NCBI RefSeq assembly: GCF_035999125.1
Contig: NZ_DASYGX010000005.1
Location: 46,159 to 110,158 of the forward strand
Length of the DNA stretch: 64,000 nt
Reading direction: 5' to 3'
DNA from: Brevundimonas sp.
GTDB taxonomy: Bacteria; Pseudomonadota; Alphaproteobacteria; Caulobacterales; Caulobacteraceae
In this document: positions 18,347 to 28,743 of the stretch, piece by piece
How positions within the stretch are numbered: the stretch's first letter is position 1
Layout of the letters: each line of letters starts with the position of its first letter
Program-made: the position numbers and the translations under genes
Notes under the pieces: model-generated
The model's database searches: none
What the model was told of the DNA's origin: nothing
What the model saw: the letters and a program-made list of their open reading frames with translations, nothing else

Positions 18347-19753
18347 ATGGCCGACGCCCAAACCGCCGACTACGACGTCATCATCATCGGCGGCGGGCCG
18401 GGCGGCTACAACGCCGCGATCCGCGCGGGCCAGCTGGGCCTGAAGGTCGCCTGCGTCGAGATGCGGCCCACCCTGGGCGGCACCTGCCTGAACGTCGGCT
18501 GCATGCCGTCCAAGGCCCTGCTGCACGCGTCGGAGCTGTTCGAGGCGGCGTCGAAGGACTTCGCCGGCCTGGGCATCGACGTCTCGCCCAAGCTGAACCT
18601 CGGCCAGATGATGAGCCAGAAGCAGGACAGCGTCACCGCCCTGACCAAGGGCATCGAGTTCCTGTTCAAGAAGAACAAGGTCGACTGGCTGAAGGGCCGA
18701 GGCCGCCTGGACGGCCCGGGCAAGGTCGTCGTCGAAGGCGCTGACGGCGCCGCCACCTACCGCACGAAGCACGTGGTGATCGCCACGGGGTCGGAGCCCA
18801 CGCCGCTGCCGGGCGTCGCCTTCGCCGACGGCAAGGTGGTCGATTCCACCGGCGCCCTGGCGCTGCCGACGGTGCCGCAGAAGCTGATCGTGGTCGGCGC
18901 GGGCATCATCGGGCTGGAGCTGGGCTCGGTCTGGCGCCGCCTCGGCGCTGAGGTCACGGTGGTGGAGTTCCTGGACCGCATCACCCCCGGCATGGACGCC
19001 GACATGGCGACCGCCTTCCAGCGCGCCCTGACCAAGCAGGGCATGAAGTTCAAGCTGGGGACAAAGGTCACGGGCGCGACCGTGAGCGCGGGCGGCGTCG
19101 ATCTGACGGTCGAGCCCGCGAAGGGCGGCGAAGCCGAGACCCTGACCGGCGACGTCGTTCTGGTGGCCATCGGGCGCCGTCCGTACACGGAGGGTCTGGG
19201 CCTGGAGACCGTGGGCGCAAAGCCGGACGCGCGCGGCTTCGTGGCCAACGACCACTTCAAGGTGGCGGACGGCGTCTGGGTGATCGGCGACGTGACCCAC
19301 GGTCCGATGCTGGCCCACAAGGCGGAGGAGGACGGCGTGGCGGTGATCGAGCTGATCGCCGGCAAGGCCGGCCACGTCGACTACGACCTGGTGCCCAGCG
19401 TGGTCTACACCTTCCCGGAGGCCGCCTGGGTCGGCAAGACCGAGGACCAGCTGAAGGCCGAGGGCGTGGCCTACAAGTCCGGCAAGTTCCCCTTCACCGC
19501 CAACAGCCGCGCCAAGATCAACCACGAGACCGAAGGCTTCGCGAAGGTGCTGGCCGACGCCGCCACCGACCGCGTGCTGGGCGTCCACATCCTCGGCCCT
19601 CAGGCCGGGGAGCTGATCGGCGAGGCCTGCGTGCTGATGGCCTTCGGCGGCGCGTCCGAGGACCTGGCCCGCACCTGCCACCCCCACCCGACCCGCTCCG
19701 AGGCCGTGCGTCAGGCGGCCATGGGCGTCGAGGGCTGGACCATGCAGGCCTGA
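18347..19753 (+). CDS. lpdA: Dihydrolipoyl dehydrogenase (E3)
   Basis: DYDVIIIGGGPGGY FAD motif, redox-active GGTCLNVGCMPSK disulfide motif, IVVGAGIIGLE NAD motif, C-terminal HPHPTRSEA interface motif. Start at MADAQ (18347). Confidence 0.93.
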   Translation: MADAQTADYDVIIIGGGPGGYNAAIRAGQLGLKVACVEMRPTLGGTCLNVGCMPSKALLHASELFEAASKDFAGLGIDVSPKLNLGQMMSQKQDSVTALTKGIEFLFKKNKVDWLKGRGRLDGPGKVVVEGADGAATYRTKHVVIATGSEPTPLPGVAFADGKVVDSTGALALPTVPQKLIVVGAGIIGLELGSVWRRLGAEVTVVEFLDRITPGMDADMATAFQRALTKQGMKFKLGTKVTGATVSAGGVDLTVEPAKGGEAETLTGDVVLVAIGRRPYTEGLGLETVGAKPDARGFVANDHFKVADGVWVIGDVTHGPMLAHKAEEDGVAVIELIAGKAGHVDYDLVPSVVYTFPEAAWVGKTEDQLKAEGVAYKSGKFPFTANSRAKINHETEGFAKVLADAATDRVLGVHILGPQAGELIGEACVLMAFGGASEDLARTCHPHPTRSEAVRQAAMGVEGWTMQA

Positions 19754-19810
19754 TGGACGGCCGGGCGGGCGCAAGCTAGCGTCCGCCCGCAGTCTTCGGG
19801 AGCCGCATCC

Positions 19811-21439
19811 ATGTCCGTTCGCCTCACCCGGCGTTCCGCCCTGTTCGCCTCGGCCGGCGCGGCCGCCGCCCTGCCCAAGGTCGCCTGGGCGCAGGACGCC
19901 GCCAACGACGACGCGGCTCTGGCCGACGCCGTCGACGCCTATGTGCGCCAGTGTCTGGAGGCGTGGCCCGAAAACCCCGGCCTGTCGGTCGCGGTGGTCA
20001 AGGACGGCCGGCCGGTCCTGACGCGCGGATACGGCAGGAAGGCCATGGATCGCCCGGCGCCGGTCGACGAACGGACCCTGTTCGCCGTGGCTTCGAACAC
20101 CAAGGCCGTCACCTGCGCCGCCCTGGCCATTCTGGTCGACGAGGGCAAGGTGAAGTGGGACGAGCCGGTGCGGACCCACCTGCCCGGGTTCGCACTGTCG
20201 AAGCCGGAGCTGAACGACCTGATCACCGTGCGCGATCTGGTCAGCCACCGGATCGGCTTCGGCCTGGGCGCCGGAGACCTGCTGTTCTGGCCGAACTCGG
20301 ACCGGACGCGCGCCGAGATCATGGCCGTGGTCGACAAGGTGCCGATCGAGGACCAGTTCCGCGCCCGCTACCACTACTGCAACCTGATGTTCATCGTGGC
20401 CGGAGAGGTGGTGGCCGCCGCCTCGGGCATGCCGTGGGAGACCTTCGTCCAGACGCGCATCCTGGATCGTCTGGGCATGGCCGACACCCTGCCGGTGATG
20501 GTCAACGCGGACCCGGCCAAGTGCGCCCTGCCGCACGGCCGCGTCGGGCCGCCGCTGCGCTATCAGGGCCCCATGACCCGCATCGGCGACAGCGTGCAGG
20601 AGGTCTGGAACTGGACCTCGGCCGGGGCCGCCGGGGGCTTCATGACCAACGCGGTCGATTGGGCCAGATGGATGGCGGTCCAGCTGGCGAACGGCGCCCT
20701 GCCCGACGGCACGCGCCTGTTCAGCGAGGCGCAGGGCCGCGAGATGTGGCGGCCCAACATCATCGTCGGCTCCTCGGCCGGCCCGACGCCCGATCTGCCC
20801 GGGCGCGCCATCGCCGCCACCTATGCGGCCGGCTGGCAGGTCATGGACTATCGCGGCGAGCGGATGATCACCCACGGCGGCGGGTCGCCGGGCGGCATCT
20901 CCGGCACCGTCCTGCTGCCCGGGCGCAACGTCGGCTTCAGCTATTTCAGCAATGCCGAAGAGAGCCTGCTGCTGCGCGCCCTGCGCTCGGGCATCGCCGA
21001 CGTGGTCATGGGCCCGACCCGCAACGGCCCCGCGTTCGACTGGATCGCGGACTCCAAACGGCTGGAGACCGAAGGGAACGCCCGCTCGATCGCCGCGGCG
21101 GCCGAGATCGACGCCAAGCAGGCGGCCGGCGCCCCGCCGTCGCTGCCCGGCTCGGCCTATGCCGGAAACTGGCGCGATCCCTGGTACGGCGACGTGACGA
21201 TCCAGGCGCGCGACACGCAGCTGTGGCTGGCCTTCACGCGGTCGCCGGCGCTGAAGGGGCCGCTGGAACCCTATGACGGCGACACCTTCCGCACCCGGTT
21301 CCCCGACACGCGGGAAGAGGACGTCTTCGTCACCTTCGAGCTTGAGGAAAGCCGCCCCGTGCGCGCCACGATGAAGGCGGTCAGCCCGGACGCCGACTTC
21401 AGCTACGACTTCCACGACCTGCGTCTGACGCGGGTCTGA
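19811..21439 (+). CDS. Serine hydrolase, beta-lactamase (class C/PBP-like) family, with a C-terminal extra domain; Tat-like signal
   Basis: MSVRLTRRSALFASAGAAAALPKVAWAQ signal, ASNTK (SxxK) catalytic motif, and a later YCN motif (in the Y-x-N position). The C-terminal region of about 120 aa resembles the DUF3471-type lipocalin-like add-on. Confidence 0.83.
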   Translation: MSVRLTRRSALFASAGAAAALPKVAWAQDAANDDAALADAVDAYVRQCLEAWPENPGLSVAVVKDGRPVLTRGYGRKAMDRPAPVDERTLFAVASNTKAVTCAALAILVDEGKVKWDEPVRTHLPGFALSKPELNDLITVRDLVSHRIGFGLGAGDLLFWPNSDRTRAEIMAVVDKVPIEDQFRARYHYCNLMFIVAGEVVAAASGMPWETFVQTRILDRLGMADTLPVMVNADPAKCALPHGRVGPPLRYQGPMTRIGDSVQEVWNWTSAGAAGGFMTNAVDWARWMAVQLANGALPDGTRLFSEAQGREMWRPNIIVGSSAGPTPDLPGRAIAATYAAGWQVMDYRGERMITHGGGSPGGISGTVLLPGRNVGFSYFSNAEESLLLRALRSGIADVVMGPTRNGPAFDWIADSKRLETEGNARSIAAAAEIDAKQAAGAPPSLPGSAYAGNWRDPWYGDVTIQARDTQLWLAFTRSPALKGPLEPYDGDTFRTRFPDTREEDVFVTFELEESRPVRATMKAVSPDADFSYDFHDLRLTRV

Positions 21440-21565
21440 GGGAGAAACAGACGGCCCAGACGGCGGGCGGGTGACGCTGGGCGGCCCATGTGCTAGGGTC
21501 GCCCTTCACGTTCACCCGATCGGAGTCCCCAGCTGTCCCCGTCTTCCGCGCCCCGCGCGCCCGCC

Positions 21566-21991
21566 GTGTCGAACATGGCGCACGAGTCCGAGCCTCTTCC
21601 GCCGCTGCGTCCCGAGGACGGGACCGACGCCCCCCTGCCGGTCGGGGCGACGTCGCTGGAACAGGCGCTGCTGACCAAACTCGACGAGGACAAGGCCCAG
21701 GAGATCGTGCTGATCGACCTGAAGGGCAAATCGTCCATGTCCGACGCCATGATCGTGGCGTCCGGCCGGTCGCACCGCCACGTCGGCGCCCTGGCCGATC
21801 ACCTCCTGCGGGTGCTCAAAGATCACGGCCTGGGCAAGGCGCGGGTCGAGGGCCTGCCGCACTGCGACTGGGTGCTGATCGACGCCGGCGACGTGATCGT
21901 CCACCTGTTCCGTCCGGAAGTGCGCGCCTTCTACAACATCGAGAAGATCTGGGCCGTCGACAGCGGCCACCGCGCCGAAACCCGCGCCTGA
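21566..21991 (+). CDS. rsfS: Ribosome silencing factor RsfS (iojap)
   Basis: LDEDKAQEIVLIDLKGKSSMSDAMIVASGRSHRHV...WVLIDAGDVIVHLFRPEVRAFYNIEKIW matches the RsfS signature. Precedes rlmH as usual. Confidence 0.9.
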   Translation: MSNMAHESEPLPPLRPEDGTDAPLPVGATSLEQALLTKLDEDKAQEIVLIDLKGKSSMSDAMIVASGRSHRHVGALADHLLRVLKDHGLGKARVEGLPHCDWVLIDAGDVIVHLFRPEVRAFYNIEKIWAVDSGHRAETRA

Positions 21992-21995
21992 CGGC

Positions 21996-22460
21996 GTGAG
22001 GCTGGCGGTCGTCGCCATCGGCAGGGCCGGGCGTGGGCCCGAGGCGACGCTGGCCGCCGACTATGCCGAGCGCGCCGGACTTGCAGGCCGGGCGCTGGGC
22101 CTCGGCCCGCTGGACCTCGTCGATCTGGACCCCCGCAAGCCCGGCAAGGCGCCGGAGGCGGAGCTGATCCTGAAGGCGGCCGAGGGCGCCCACCTGATCG
22201 CCTGCGACGAGCGCGGAAAGACCTTTTCCAGCCGGGCCTTCGCCGAGCATCTGGTCGCCCTGCGCGACCGGGGCGAAAGGCGCGTGGTCTTCGCCATCGG
22301 CGGCGCCGACGGGCTTGACGAGAGCGTGCGCGCCGCCGCCGCCTCCACACTCGCCTTCGGCCCCCAGACCTGGCCGCACGCCCTGGCCCGCGCCATGCTG
22401 GCCGAACAGATCTATCGCGCCGTGACCATTCTGGCCGGATCGCCCTATCATCGCGATTGA
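21996..22460 (+). CDS. rlmH: 23S rRNA (pseudouridine1915-N3)-methyltransferase RlmH
   Basis: 154 aa SPOUT protein. CDERGK, FAIGGADG and the C-terminal HALARAMLAEQIYRA...PYHR are RlmH hallmarks. Confidence 0.9.
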   Translation: MRLAVVAIGRAGRGPEATLAADYAERAGLAGRALGLGPLDLVDLDPRKPGKAPEAELILKAAEGAHLIACDERGKTFSSRAFAEHLVALRDRGERRVVFAIGGADGLDESVRAAAASTLAFGPQTWPHALARAMLAEQIYRAVTILAGSPYHRD

Positions 22461-23509
22461 TGCGGCGGTTCCTGATCCCGGCCCTGTGCCTGACGCTGGC
22501 GGCGGTTCCTGCGGCCGGTCAGCCCGCGCCGCCCGAACGCGAGGCCGCGCGGCTTCAGGCCCAGTACCGCGACGCCGTGGTGCGGCTGCGTCGGCTGGAG
22601 GTGGAGGCCCGCGCGGCGGAGCGCGCCGCCGCCTCGACCCCCTTGATCGACGCGACCCCGTCCGCCGATCGGGCCCGACTGGACGCCGTGGCGGCGCGTG
22701 AGGCGCCGGTGCTGTCGGCTTTGGCGGGTCTGCGCGCGCGACAGGGGCGGCTGCTGGCGGCCCTGCAGCGCCTGATGCGACGCCCGCCGCCGCCGCTGAT
22801 CGTGCCCGCCGCCCGGGCCGTCGACGCGCGACGCGCGGCCCTGCTGATGCGCGAGGCGGCGGTGGCGATCGAGGATCAGGCCCGGCCGCTGCAGGCGCGC
22901 CGGACCGCCCTGGCGCGCGAGCGCCGGACCGTGCTGCTGTCCCAGGCCGGAGCGCTGGCCGCCGACAGCGCGGCGGGCGAGCGGGCGGCCCTGGCCTCCG
23001 ACCGGCGCGGCGACCGGCGTGCCCGCGCCGTCGTCCTGGCCGCCGAGGCGCGCGCCGCGCGGCAGGAGGTCGCCGCGCTGGAGGCCCGCCTGCGTCGCCT
23101 GGGGGCCGCCGTGCCCGTGGTCCCGCCCGACGCCGCCGCCCGCGTCTCGGCCCTGCCCGGCGGCCGGTCGCGCCTGACGCCGCCGACGTCCGGACCGCCC
23201 GCCGCCCGTTTCGGACGCGACGTGCCCGGCTGGCGCTGGGTCGGGACCGGCGGGCCCGCCGTCGCCCCGGCCCTCGCCCGCGTGGCCTGGGCCGGACCGC
23301 ACGAGGCCTGGGGCCGCTTGGTGATCCTGGACCTCGGCGACGGCTGGCAGGCGGTGATCCTCGGTCTGGCCGACCTGTCCGTCTCGACCGGCGACCGGGT
23401 GGAGGCGGGCCAGGCGCTGGGCGCGACGCGCGCCGGCGAGCCCCTGCAGTTCGAACTTCGGCGGCAGGAGGCGCCGGTCGATCCGGGACGCTTCTTGGAC
23501 GGCGGGTGA
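22457..23509 (+). CDS. EnvC-like coiled-coil protein with a degenerate LytM (M23) domain
   Basis: Signal peptide, a long Ala/Arg-rich coiled coil, and a C-terminal LytM-like fold (GRLVILDLGDGWQAVILGLADLSVSTGDRVEAGQALG...LQFELRRQEAPVDP). The HxxxD and HxH zinc ligands are replaced. Confidence 0.75.
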   Translation: MMRRFLIPALCLTLAAVPAAGQPAPPEREAARLQAQYRDAVVRLRRLEVEARAAERAAASTPLIDATPSADRARLDAVAAREAPVLSALAGLRARQGRLLAALQRLMRRPPPPLIVPAARAVDARRAALLMREAAVAIEDQARPLQARRTALARERRTVLLSQAGALAADSAAGERAALASDRRGDRRARAVVLAAEARAARQEVAALEARLRRLGAAVPVVPPDAAARVSALPGGRSRLTPPTSGPPAARFGRDVPGWRWVGTGGPAVAPALARVAWAGPHEAWGRLVILDLGDGWQAVILGLADLSVSTGDRVEAGQALGATRAGEPLQFELRRQEAPVDPGRFLDGG

Positions 23510-23646
23510 CCTTTCGCGCGAAATCTCTGGCCCGCGCCGGATGACGCTGATTTTATGAATGCGACGCCGACGCGCCTTGTTTCCGCCGCGCCGGCCCCGA
23601 TCATTCAAGTTTCCTCCCCCCGCGCGCCCGCGCGCCTTAGACGAAG

Positions 23647-25014
23647 ATGCGAGACCCGATGCGCAAATCCCTCATCGCCGGCTGCGCCGCCTTGGCGATC
23701 GGCGCCGTCGCCGTGACCGCCGTGGCCCAGACGCCGCGCAACGAGACCTTCCGGATGCTGGAGCTGTTCGGCGACGTTCTGGCCGTGGTCGAGCAGGCCT
23801 ACGTCGTGCCGGTCGACAACAAGAAGCTGATCGAGGCGGCGCTGGGCGGCATGATGACCGCGCTGGACCCGCACTCCAGCTATCTGGCCCCCGCCGGCTT
23901 CGACGACCTGCGCGAGCGGACGGAGGGACAGTACTCCGGCGTCGGCCTGACCATCAGCTCCGAGGCGGGGCTGGTGAAGGTCATCTCGCCCATGGACGGC
24001 GGCCCCGCCGCGCGCGCGGGCGTCCAGGCCGGCGACGTCATCTCCACCATCGACGGCGTCAGCGCCGCGGGCCTCAGCGTGTCGGACGTGTCGGAAAAGC
24101 TGCGCGGCGCGCCGGGCACCAGCGTGAACGTCACCTTCCTGCGCGACGGCTCGGACCCTCTTGAGGTCACCCTGACGCGCGAGATCATCAAGATCGAGTC
24201 GGTGACCGGCCGCATGGAGGGCGGCTTCGCCGTCATCCGCATCTCGACCTTCGACGACAACACGGTGCGCGACCTGAACCGCGTGATCGGCGAGCTGAAG
24301 ACGACCAACCCCGGCATCGAGGGTTACGTCGTCGACCTGCGCAACAACGGCGGCGGTCTGCTGTCGGCGGCGGTGGGCGTGTCCGACGCCTTCCTGGAGC
24401 GCGGCGAGATCGTCAGCCAGCGCGGCCGCCGTCCCGACCAGATCGACCGCTGGTCGGCCCGGCCGGGCGACCTGACCGACGGCAAGCCGGTCGTCGTGCT
24501 GGTCAACTACGGCTCGGCCTCGGCGTCGGAGATCGTCGCCGGCGCGCTGAAGGACCATGAGCGGGCGACGATCGTCGGCCTGACCAGCTTCGGCAAGGGG
24601 TCGGTGCAGACGGTGATCCCGCTGCGCGGCGGCCAGGACGGAGCCCTGTCGATCACCACGGCGCGCTACTACACGCCTTCCGGCCGCTCCATCCAGAAGA
24701 TCGGCATCGAGCCGGATCTGGAGGTGTCGCGCTCGGCCGCCGAGGCACGGATCGTGTCGCGGTCGTCGTTCGTCTATTCCGAGGCGGCCTACGCCAACTC
24801 GCTGGACGCCTCGATCGGCGCGGAACGTCGCGGCCCCCACGTGCCGCAGGAAGCGCCGGGCGAGGAATGGCCCGAGGACAAGGACTATCAGCTGGAGCGC
24901 GCCTTCGACGTTCTGCGCGCCGGCGGGAACCTCGCCGCCCTGGCGCCCGCGCCCGCCGGCATCGTGGTGACCCCGCCGAACCAGCAGAACGCGGCGTTGG
25001 CGACGGAGGAATAG
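23647..25014 (+). CDS. ctpA: Carboxy-terminal processing protease (S41 family)
   Basis: PDZ region (GVGLTISSEAGLVKVISPMDGGPAARAGVQAGDVI), the catalytic segments DLRNNGGGLL and SASASEIVAGALKD...FGKGSVQ, and a signal peptide. Confidence 0.9.
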   Translation: MRDPMRKSLIAGCAALAIGAVAVTAVAQTPRNETFRMLELFGDVLAVVEQAYVVPVDNKKLIEAALGGMMTALDPHSSYLAPAGFDDLRERTEGQYSGVGLTISSEAGLVKVISPMDGGPAARAGVQAGDVISTIDGVSAAGLSVSDVSEKLRGAPGTSVNVTFLRDGSDPLEVTLTREIIKIESVTGRMEGGFAVIRISTFDDNTVRDLNRVIGELKTTNPGIEGYVVDLRNNGGGLLSAAVGVSDAFLERGEIVSQRGRRPDQIDRWSARPGDLTDGKPVVVLVNYGSASASEIVAGALKDHERATIVGLTSFGKGSVQTVIPLRGGQDGALSITTARYYTPSGRSIQKIGIEPDLEVSRSAAEARIVSRSSFVYSEAAYANSLDASIGAERRGPHVPQEAPGEEWPEDKDYQLERAFDVLRAGGNLAALAPAPAGIVVTPPNQQNAALATEE

Positions 25015-25086
25015 AGAGCGCATCGGGCCGTTCATGGCTAACGCCGCGTTAGGCTTTCTTAACCGGCCCGGCGGCATTCTCGCGCC

Positions 25087-26274
25087 GTGACCATGTTCGC
25101 CAAACGCCAGTCCGCGCTCGCCGCCTCGGCCGGGCGTCCGCCCGAACGCCGCAGTGTCAAGCCGGCGCTGGGAACCGTGCTCGCCTTCCTGAAGCGGCCG
25201 CCGGTGGCCGTGGCGGCCTCGGCCGTGCTGCTGTTCGGAGCCGTGGCCCTGTTCGTCTCAGTGCTGGGCGACCCGTCGGCGGGCGCCCCGTCGGCCCGGA
25301 TCGGTCTGAAGCGCGAGGCGCGCGTCGAGACCGCGCCCACCGGCATGGAGGCCTTCACCGCCGGCATCGGCGGCGCCTATCAGGACCTGGCCGCCGGGCC
25401 CGACGCCCTGGTCGGCGAGGCGACGATCACCCTGCCGGACGGCGCGACCGTCTCCGGCGCCGGCGCCGCGATCACCGCGCCGCGCCTGATCCCAGCCTCA
25501 CCGCTGGTTCAGGCCCCGCTGGCCGGACTGACCGAGCCGGGCCCCAACGGCGCCCTGCCCGTCATCGGCTCGGACGGCCGCGTGCCGGCCCAGGCCTATG
25601 CCCGGCCTTTCCGCGGCGACGGACGGCCGCGCGTGGCGCTGATCGTCGGCGGTCTGGGCCTGAACGCCGTGACCACCCGCGCCGCCATCGAGCGCCTGCC
25701 GCCGGAGATCACCCTCAGCTTCGTGCCCTATGCCGAGGGCCTGCAGGGCTGGATCGACCTGGCCCGCGCCCATGGCCATGAGGTGATGATCGAAATCCCG
25801 ATGGAGCCGACCGGCTATCCCGACAACGACCCCGGCCCCTACACCCTGCTGGCGTCCGGCGGAGCGGCGGACGTGGAGGCCAAGCTGCCGTGGCTGCTCA
25901 GCCGCGTGACCGGCTATTTCGGCGTCATGAACTATCTCGGCGACCGCTTCGTCACCTCCGACGCCGGCTTCTCGGCCTTCATGAGCGAGCTGCGGCGACG
26001 CGGCGTGGCCTTCGTCGACGACGGCGTGGCGCGGCGCCGGCCCGGCGCCTGGGCCCGCGCCACGGCGGACCACGTGGTCGACGAGGTGCAGACCCCGGCC
26101 GCCATCCTGGGGCGGCTGAACGCGGTCGAGGCGCTGGCCAAACAGCGCGGCGGGGCCCTGGGCGCCGGCTTCGGCTACCCCGTCACGGTCGAGGCCGCGG
26201 CGCGCTGGGCCGCCGGGTTGGACGCACGCGGCCTGCAGCTTGCGCCGGCCAGCGCCATGACCCGCGCCGGCTGA
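25087..26274 (+). CDS. Divergent polysaccharide deacetylase family protein (YibQ-like)
   Basis: N-terminal TM anchor. The C-terminal domain, with RVALIVGGLGLN...LSFVPYAEG...GHEVMIEIPMEP...NYLG, is typical of the YibQ/DUF610 family. Confidence 0.8.
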   Translation: MTMFAKRQSALAASAGRPPERRSVKPALGTVLAFLKRPPVAVAASAVLLFGAVALFVSVLGDPSAGAPSARIGLKREARVETAPTGMEAFTAGIGGAYQDLAAGPDALVGEATITLPDGATVSGAGAAITAPRLIPASPLVQAPLAGLTEPGPNGALPVIGSDGRVPAQAYARPFRGDGRPRVALIVGGLGLNAVTTRAAIERLPPEITLSFVPYAEGLQGWIDLARAHGHEVMIEIPMEPTGYPDNDPGPYTLLASGGAADVEAKLPWLLSRVTGYFGVMNYLGDRFVTSDAGFSAFMSELRRRGVAFVDDGVARRRPGAWARATADHVVDEVQTPAAILGRLNAVEALAKQRGGALGAGFGYPVTVEAAARWAAGLDARGLQLAPASAMTRAG

Positions 26275-26275
26275 G

Positions 26276-26752
26276 GTGGAACGGGATCTTTCCCTCTATC
26301 GCCCCAACGTCGGCGTGGTCCTGTTCAACGGCGACGGGCGCGTGTGGCTGGGCCACCGGATTCACACGCCCGGCCCCTGGCGCTGGCAGTTCCCCCAGGG
26401 CGGCGTCGACGACGGCGAGGATCTGGAGACCGCCGCCCGCCGAGAGCTGTTCGAGGAGACCGGCGTCCGCTCGGCCGCGTATCTGGACCGGACGCCCGGC
26501 TGGATCGCCTACGACTTTCCGCCCGATCTGGGCGGGCCGCGCGCCAAATGGGGCCACAAGGGCCAGAAGCAGGTCTGGTTCGCCTATCGTTTCACCGGCA
26601 CGGACGCCGAGATCGATCTGGAGTCGCACGGCGAGCCGGAGTTCGACGCCTGGCGCTGGGCCCGCCTGGACGAAACGCCCGCCCTGATCGTGCCGTTCAA
26701 GCGCGCGGTCTATGAGCAGGTGCTGACGGCCTTCGCGCAGTTCGCCGGCTGA
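26276..26752 (+). CDS. rppH: RNA pyrophosphohydrolase RppH (Nudix)
   Basis: YRPNVGVVLFN...WQFPQGGVDDGEDLETAARRELFEETGV carries the Nudix box GX5EX7REUXEEXGU. GTG start. Confidence 0.9.
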   Translation: MERDLSLYRPNVGVVLFNGDGRVWLGHRIHTPGPWRWQFPQGGVDDGEDLETAARRELFEETGVRSAAYLDRTPGWIAYDFPPDLGGPRAKWGHKGQKQVWFAYRFTGTDAEIDLESHGEPEFDAWRWARLDETPALIVPFKRAVYEQVLTAFAQFAG

Positions 26753-26774
26753 CGACCCGCGCCCGGCCGGGGCG

Positions 26775-27581
26775 TCAGTGCGCCCCGCCGCCCGTCGCCG
26801 TCTTCCGCTCCTTGGACTTGCGGCTCCACATGTTCAGCCCCTCGACCAGGGCCGAGAAGCCCATGGCGGCGTAGATGTAGCCCTTGGGCACGTGCACGCC
26901 GAAGCCGTCGGCGATCAGAACCATGCCGATCATCAGGAGGAAGCCCAGGGCCAGCATGACCACGGTCGGGTTGTTGTTGATGAAGTTGGCCAGCGGGTCG
27001 GCCGCCAACAGCATCACGGCCACGGCCACGAGAACCGCCACCACCATGATCGGCAGGTGATCGGTCATGCCCACCGCGGTCAGGATCGAATCGATCGAGA
27101 AGACCAGATCCAGCAGGATGATCTGGAAGATGGCCGAGCCGGCGTTGTTGATGGCCACCGACTTCTTGTCCAGCACGTCGTGGTCGGACGGGACGGGGTC
27201 GACCGAATGGTGGATCTCCTTGGTCGCCTTCCACACCAGGAACAGGCCCCCGGCGATCAGGATCAGGTCCTTCCAGCTGAACTGGGTCTCGAAGGCGGGT
27301 TCGCCGTGCTCTCCGATCGGGCCGACGATGCCGAGGTCCACGACCGTGGCGGTCAGGCCCACCAGCCAGGCGATGATGGACAGCAGGGCCAGACGCATGA
27401 CCAGCGCCAGGCCGATGCCGATGCGCCGCACGCGCTGGCGCTGGTTTTCGGGCAGCTTGTTCGACAGGATCGAGATGAAGATCAGATTGTCGATGCCCAG
27501 CACCACCTCCATCACCACCAGGGTCACGAGGGCGGCCCAGGCGGCCGGGTCGGAAAGAAGCGGCGTGATGCTGTCGAGCAT
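26775..27581 (-). CDS. TerC family integral membrane protein
   Basis: 268 aa. [19 protein letters not shown] and [17 protein letters not shown] are the paired TerC repeat motifs. Confidence 0.88.
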   Translation of the reverse strand: MLDSITPLLSDPAAWAALVTLVVMEVVLGIDNLIFISILSNKLPENQRQRVRRIGIGLALVMRLALLSIIAWLVGLTATVVDLGIVGPIGEHGEPAFETQFSWKDLILIAGGLFLVWKATKEIHHSVDPVPSDHDVLDKKSVAINNAGSAIFQIILLDLVFSIDSILTAVGMTDHLPIMVVAVLVAVAVMLLAADPLANFINNNPTVVMLALGFLLMIGMVLIADGFGVHVPKGYIYAAMGFSALVEGLNMWSRKSKERKTATGGGAH

Positions 27582-27640
27582 GGTCGTGGCGGGATCCTTG
27601 GAGACGGGAGGCTAAGCGCTAAGCGGCGCCGCGGCCCGGA

Positions 27641-28498
27641 TCAAGGACCGTGTTCGCCCGCCGCCGTCGCCCACACGTCCGCGGCCACCGGAAAATGGTC
27701 GGAAATGGCTTTCCCGCCGATCGTGTCGGTCAACACGCCGACCCTCAGAACCGACAAGCCTGGACCGACGAAGATGTGGTCGATGGCCGGGGCGCCCTGT
27801 CCTCTGGTCGCGTCGAAGGCATTGTAGGTGCCGGTGGGACCGAACGCCGCAGGGCTGACCACGCGGGCGTCGCTCAGGCCCGAGGCGATCAGGGCGCGGT
27901 AGGGGTCGGTCTCCGGTCCGGTGTTGAAGTCGCCCATGACGATCAGCCTGGCGCCCGGTGCGGGCTCCAGGCTCGCGATCTGCTCTGCGCAGCGCAGGCG
28001 GGCCTCCTGGCCGACGTGGTCGAAATGGGTGTTGCGCACGTCCCAGACCTCGCCGTCCAGTCGGTCGCGTAACACCACGCGGGTGATGGTGCGGGGCAGG
28101 GCGGCGTCCCAGCCCTTCGACGGCCGGTCCGGCGTGGGCGAACACCAGAAGGTCTCGCGGCTCAACGCCTCGAACCGGTCGCGGCGCCAGAACAGCGTGG
28201 TGGTCTCGCCCGCATCCGCCCCGTCGTCCCGCCCGACCCCGTAATGATCGTGCCCGGGCAGGCCCTCGGCCATATGCACGACCTGGTGCGGCAGAGCCTC
28301 CTGCACCCCGATCAGGTCGGCGTCGAGGAAGACGAGCTGTGCGACCAGATGAGGCCTCCGGACGGTCCAGCCCGGGTCGTCGGCCGCGGCGTCGTAACGC
28401 ACGTTGTAGGTGACCGCCCGCACAGGATCGGGCGCCTGGGCGAGGGCGGGGCCGGTCAGGCACAGGACCAGAACGGTCAGCAGGGCAGGCATACGCAT
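27641..28498 (-). CDS. Endonuclease/exonuclease/phosphatase (EEP) family protein, exported
   Basis: Signal peptide [39 protein letters not shown] and the C-terminal ISDHFPV are the conserved EEP catalytic motifs. Confidence 0.82.
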   Translation of the reverse strand: MRMPALLTVLVLCLTGPALAQAPDPVRAVTYNVRYDAAADDPGWTVRRPHLVAQLVFLDADLIGVQEALPHQVVHMAEGLPGHDHYGVGRDDGADAGETTTLFWRRDRFEALSRETFWCSPTPDRPSKGWDAALPRTITRVVLRDRLDGEVWDVRNTHFDHVGQEARLRCAEQIASLEPAPGARLIVMGDFNTGPETDPYRALIASGLSDARVVSPAAFGPTGTYNAFDATRGQGAPAIDHIFVGPGLSVLRVGVLTDTIGGKAISDHFPVAADVWATAAGEHGP

Positions 28499-28743
28499 CG
28501 GCGGCGCTCGCGGGGGGTGAGGGGCGGGCGTCCAGCATAGGCCGATCCGTGACGTCCGCGCGACGCCGGCCGCATCGGTTGCGGTCGAGGGGCGAGGGTG
28601 CTATCAGGCGCCCGGCTTGCAAGGGCGGGACCGCGAGGCCGCGCCCACGGCGTGCTTTTACCCGAGCATTTTCAAGCCTTTCGGCCGGAGCGGGACACCT
28701 CGCTCCCGGTCTTGATGCAAACGCACTGGCGGAACGGATTCAG

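Noticed and set aside
18170-21415. 1081-aa minus-strand ORF antisense to lpdA and the serine hydrolase
   Set aside because: It has no motifs and its composition is dominated by R, G, A, P and D. The plus-strand genes carry unambiguous FAD/NAD and SxxK motifs.
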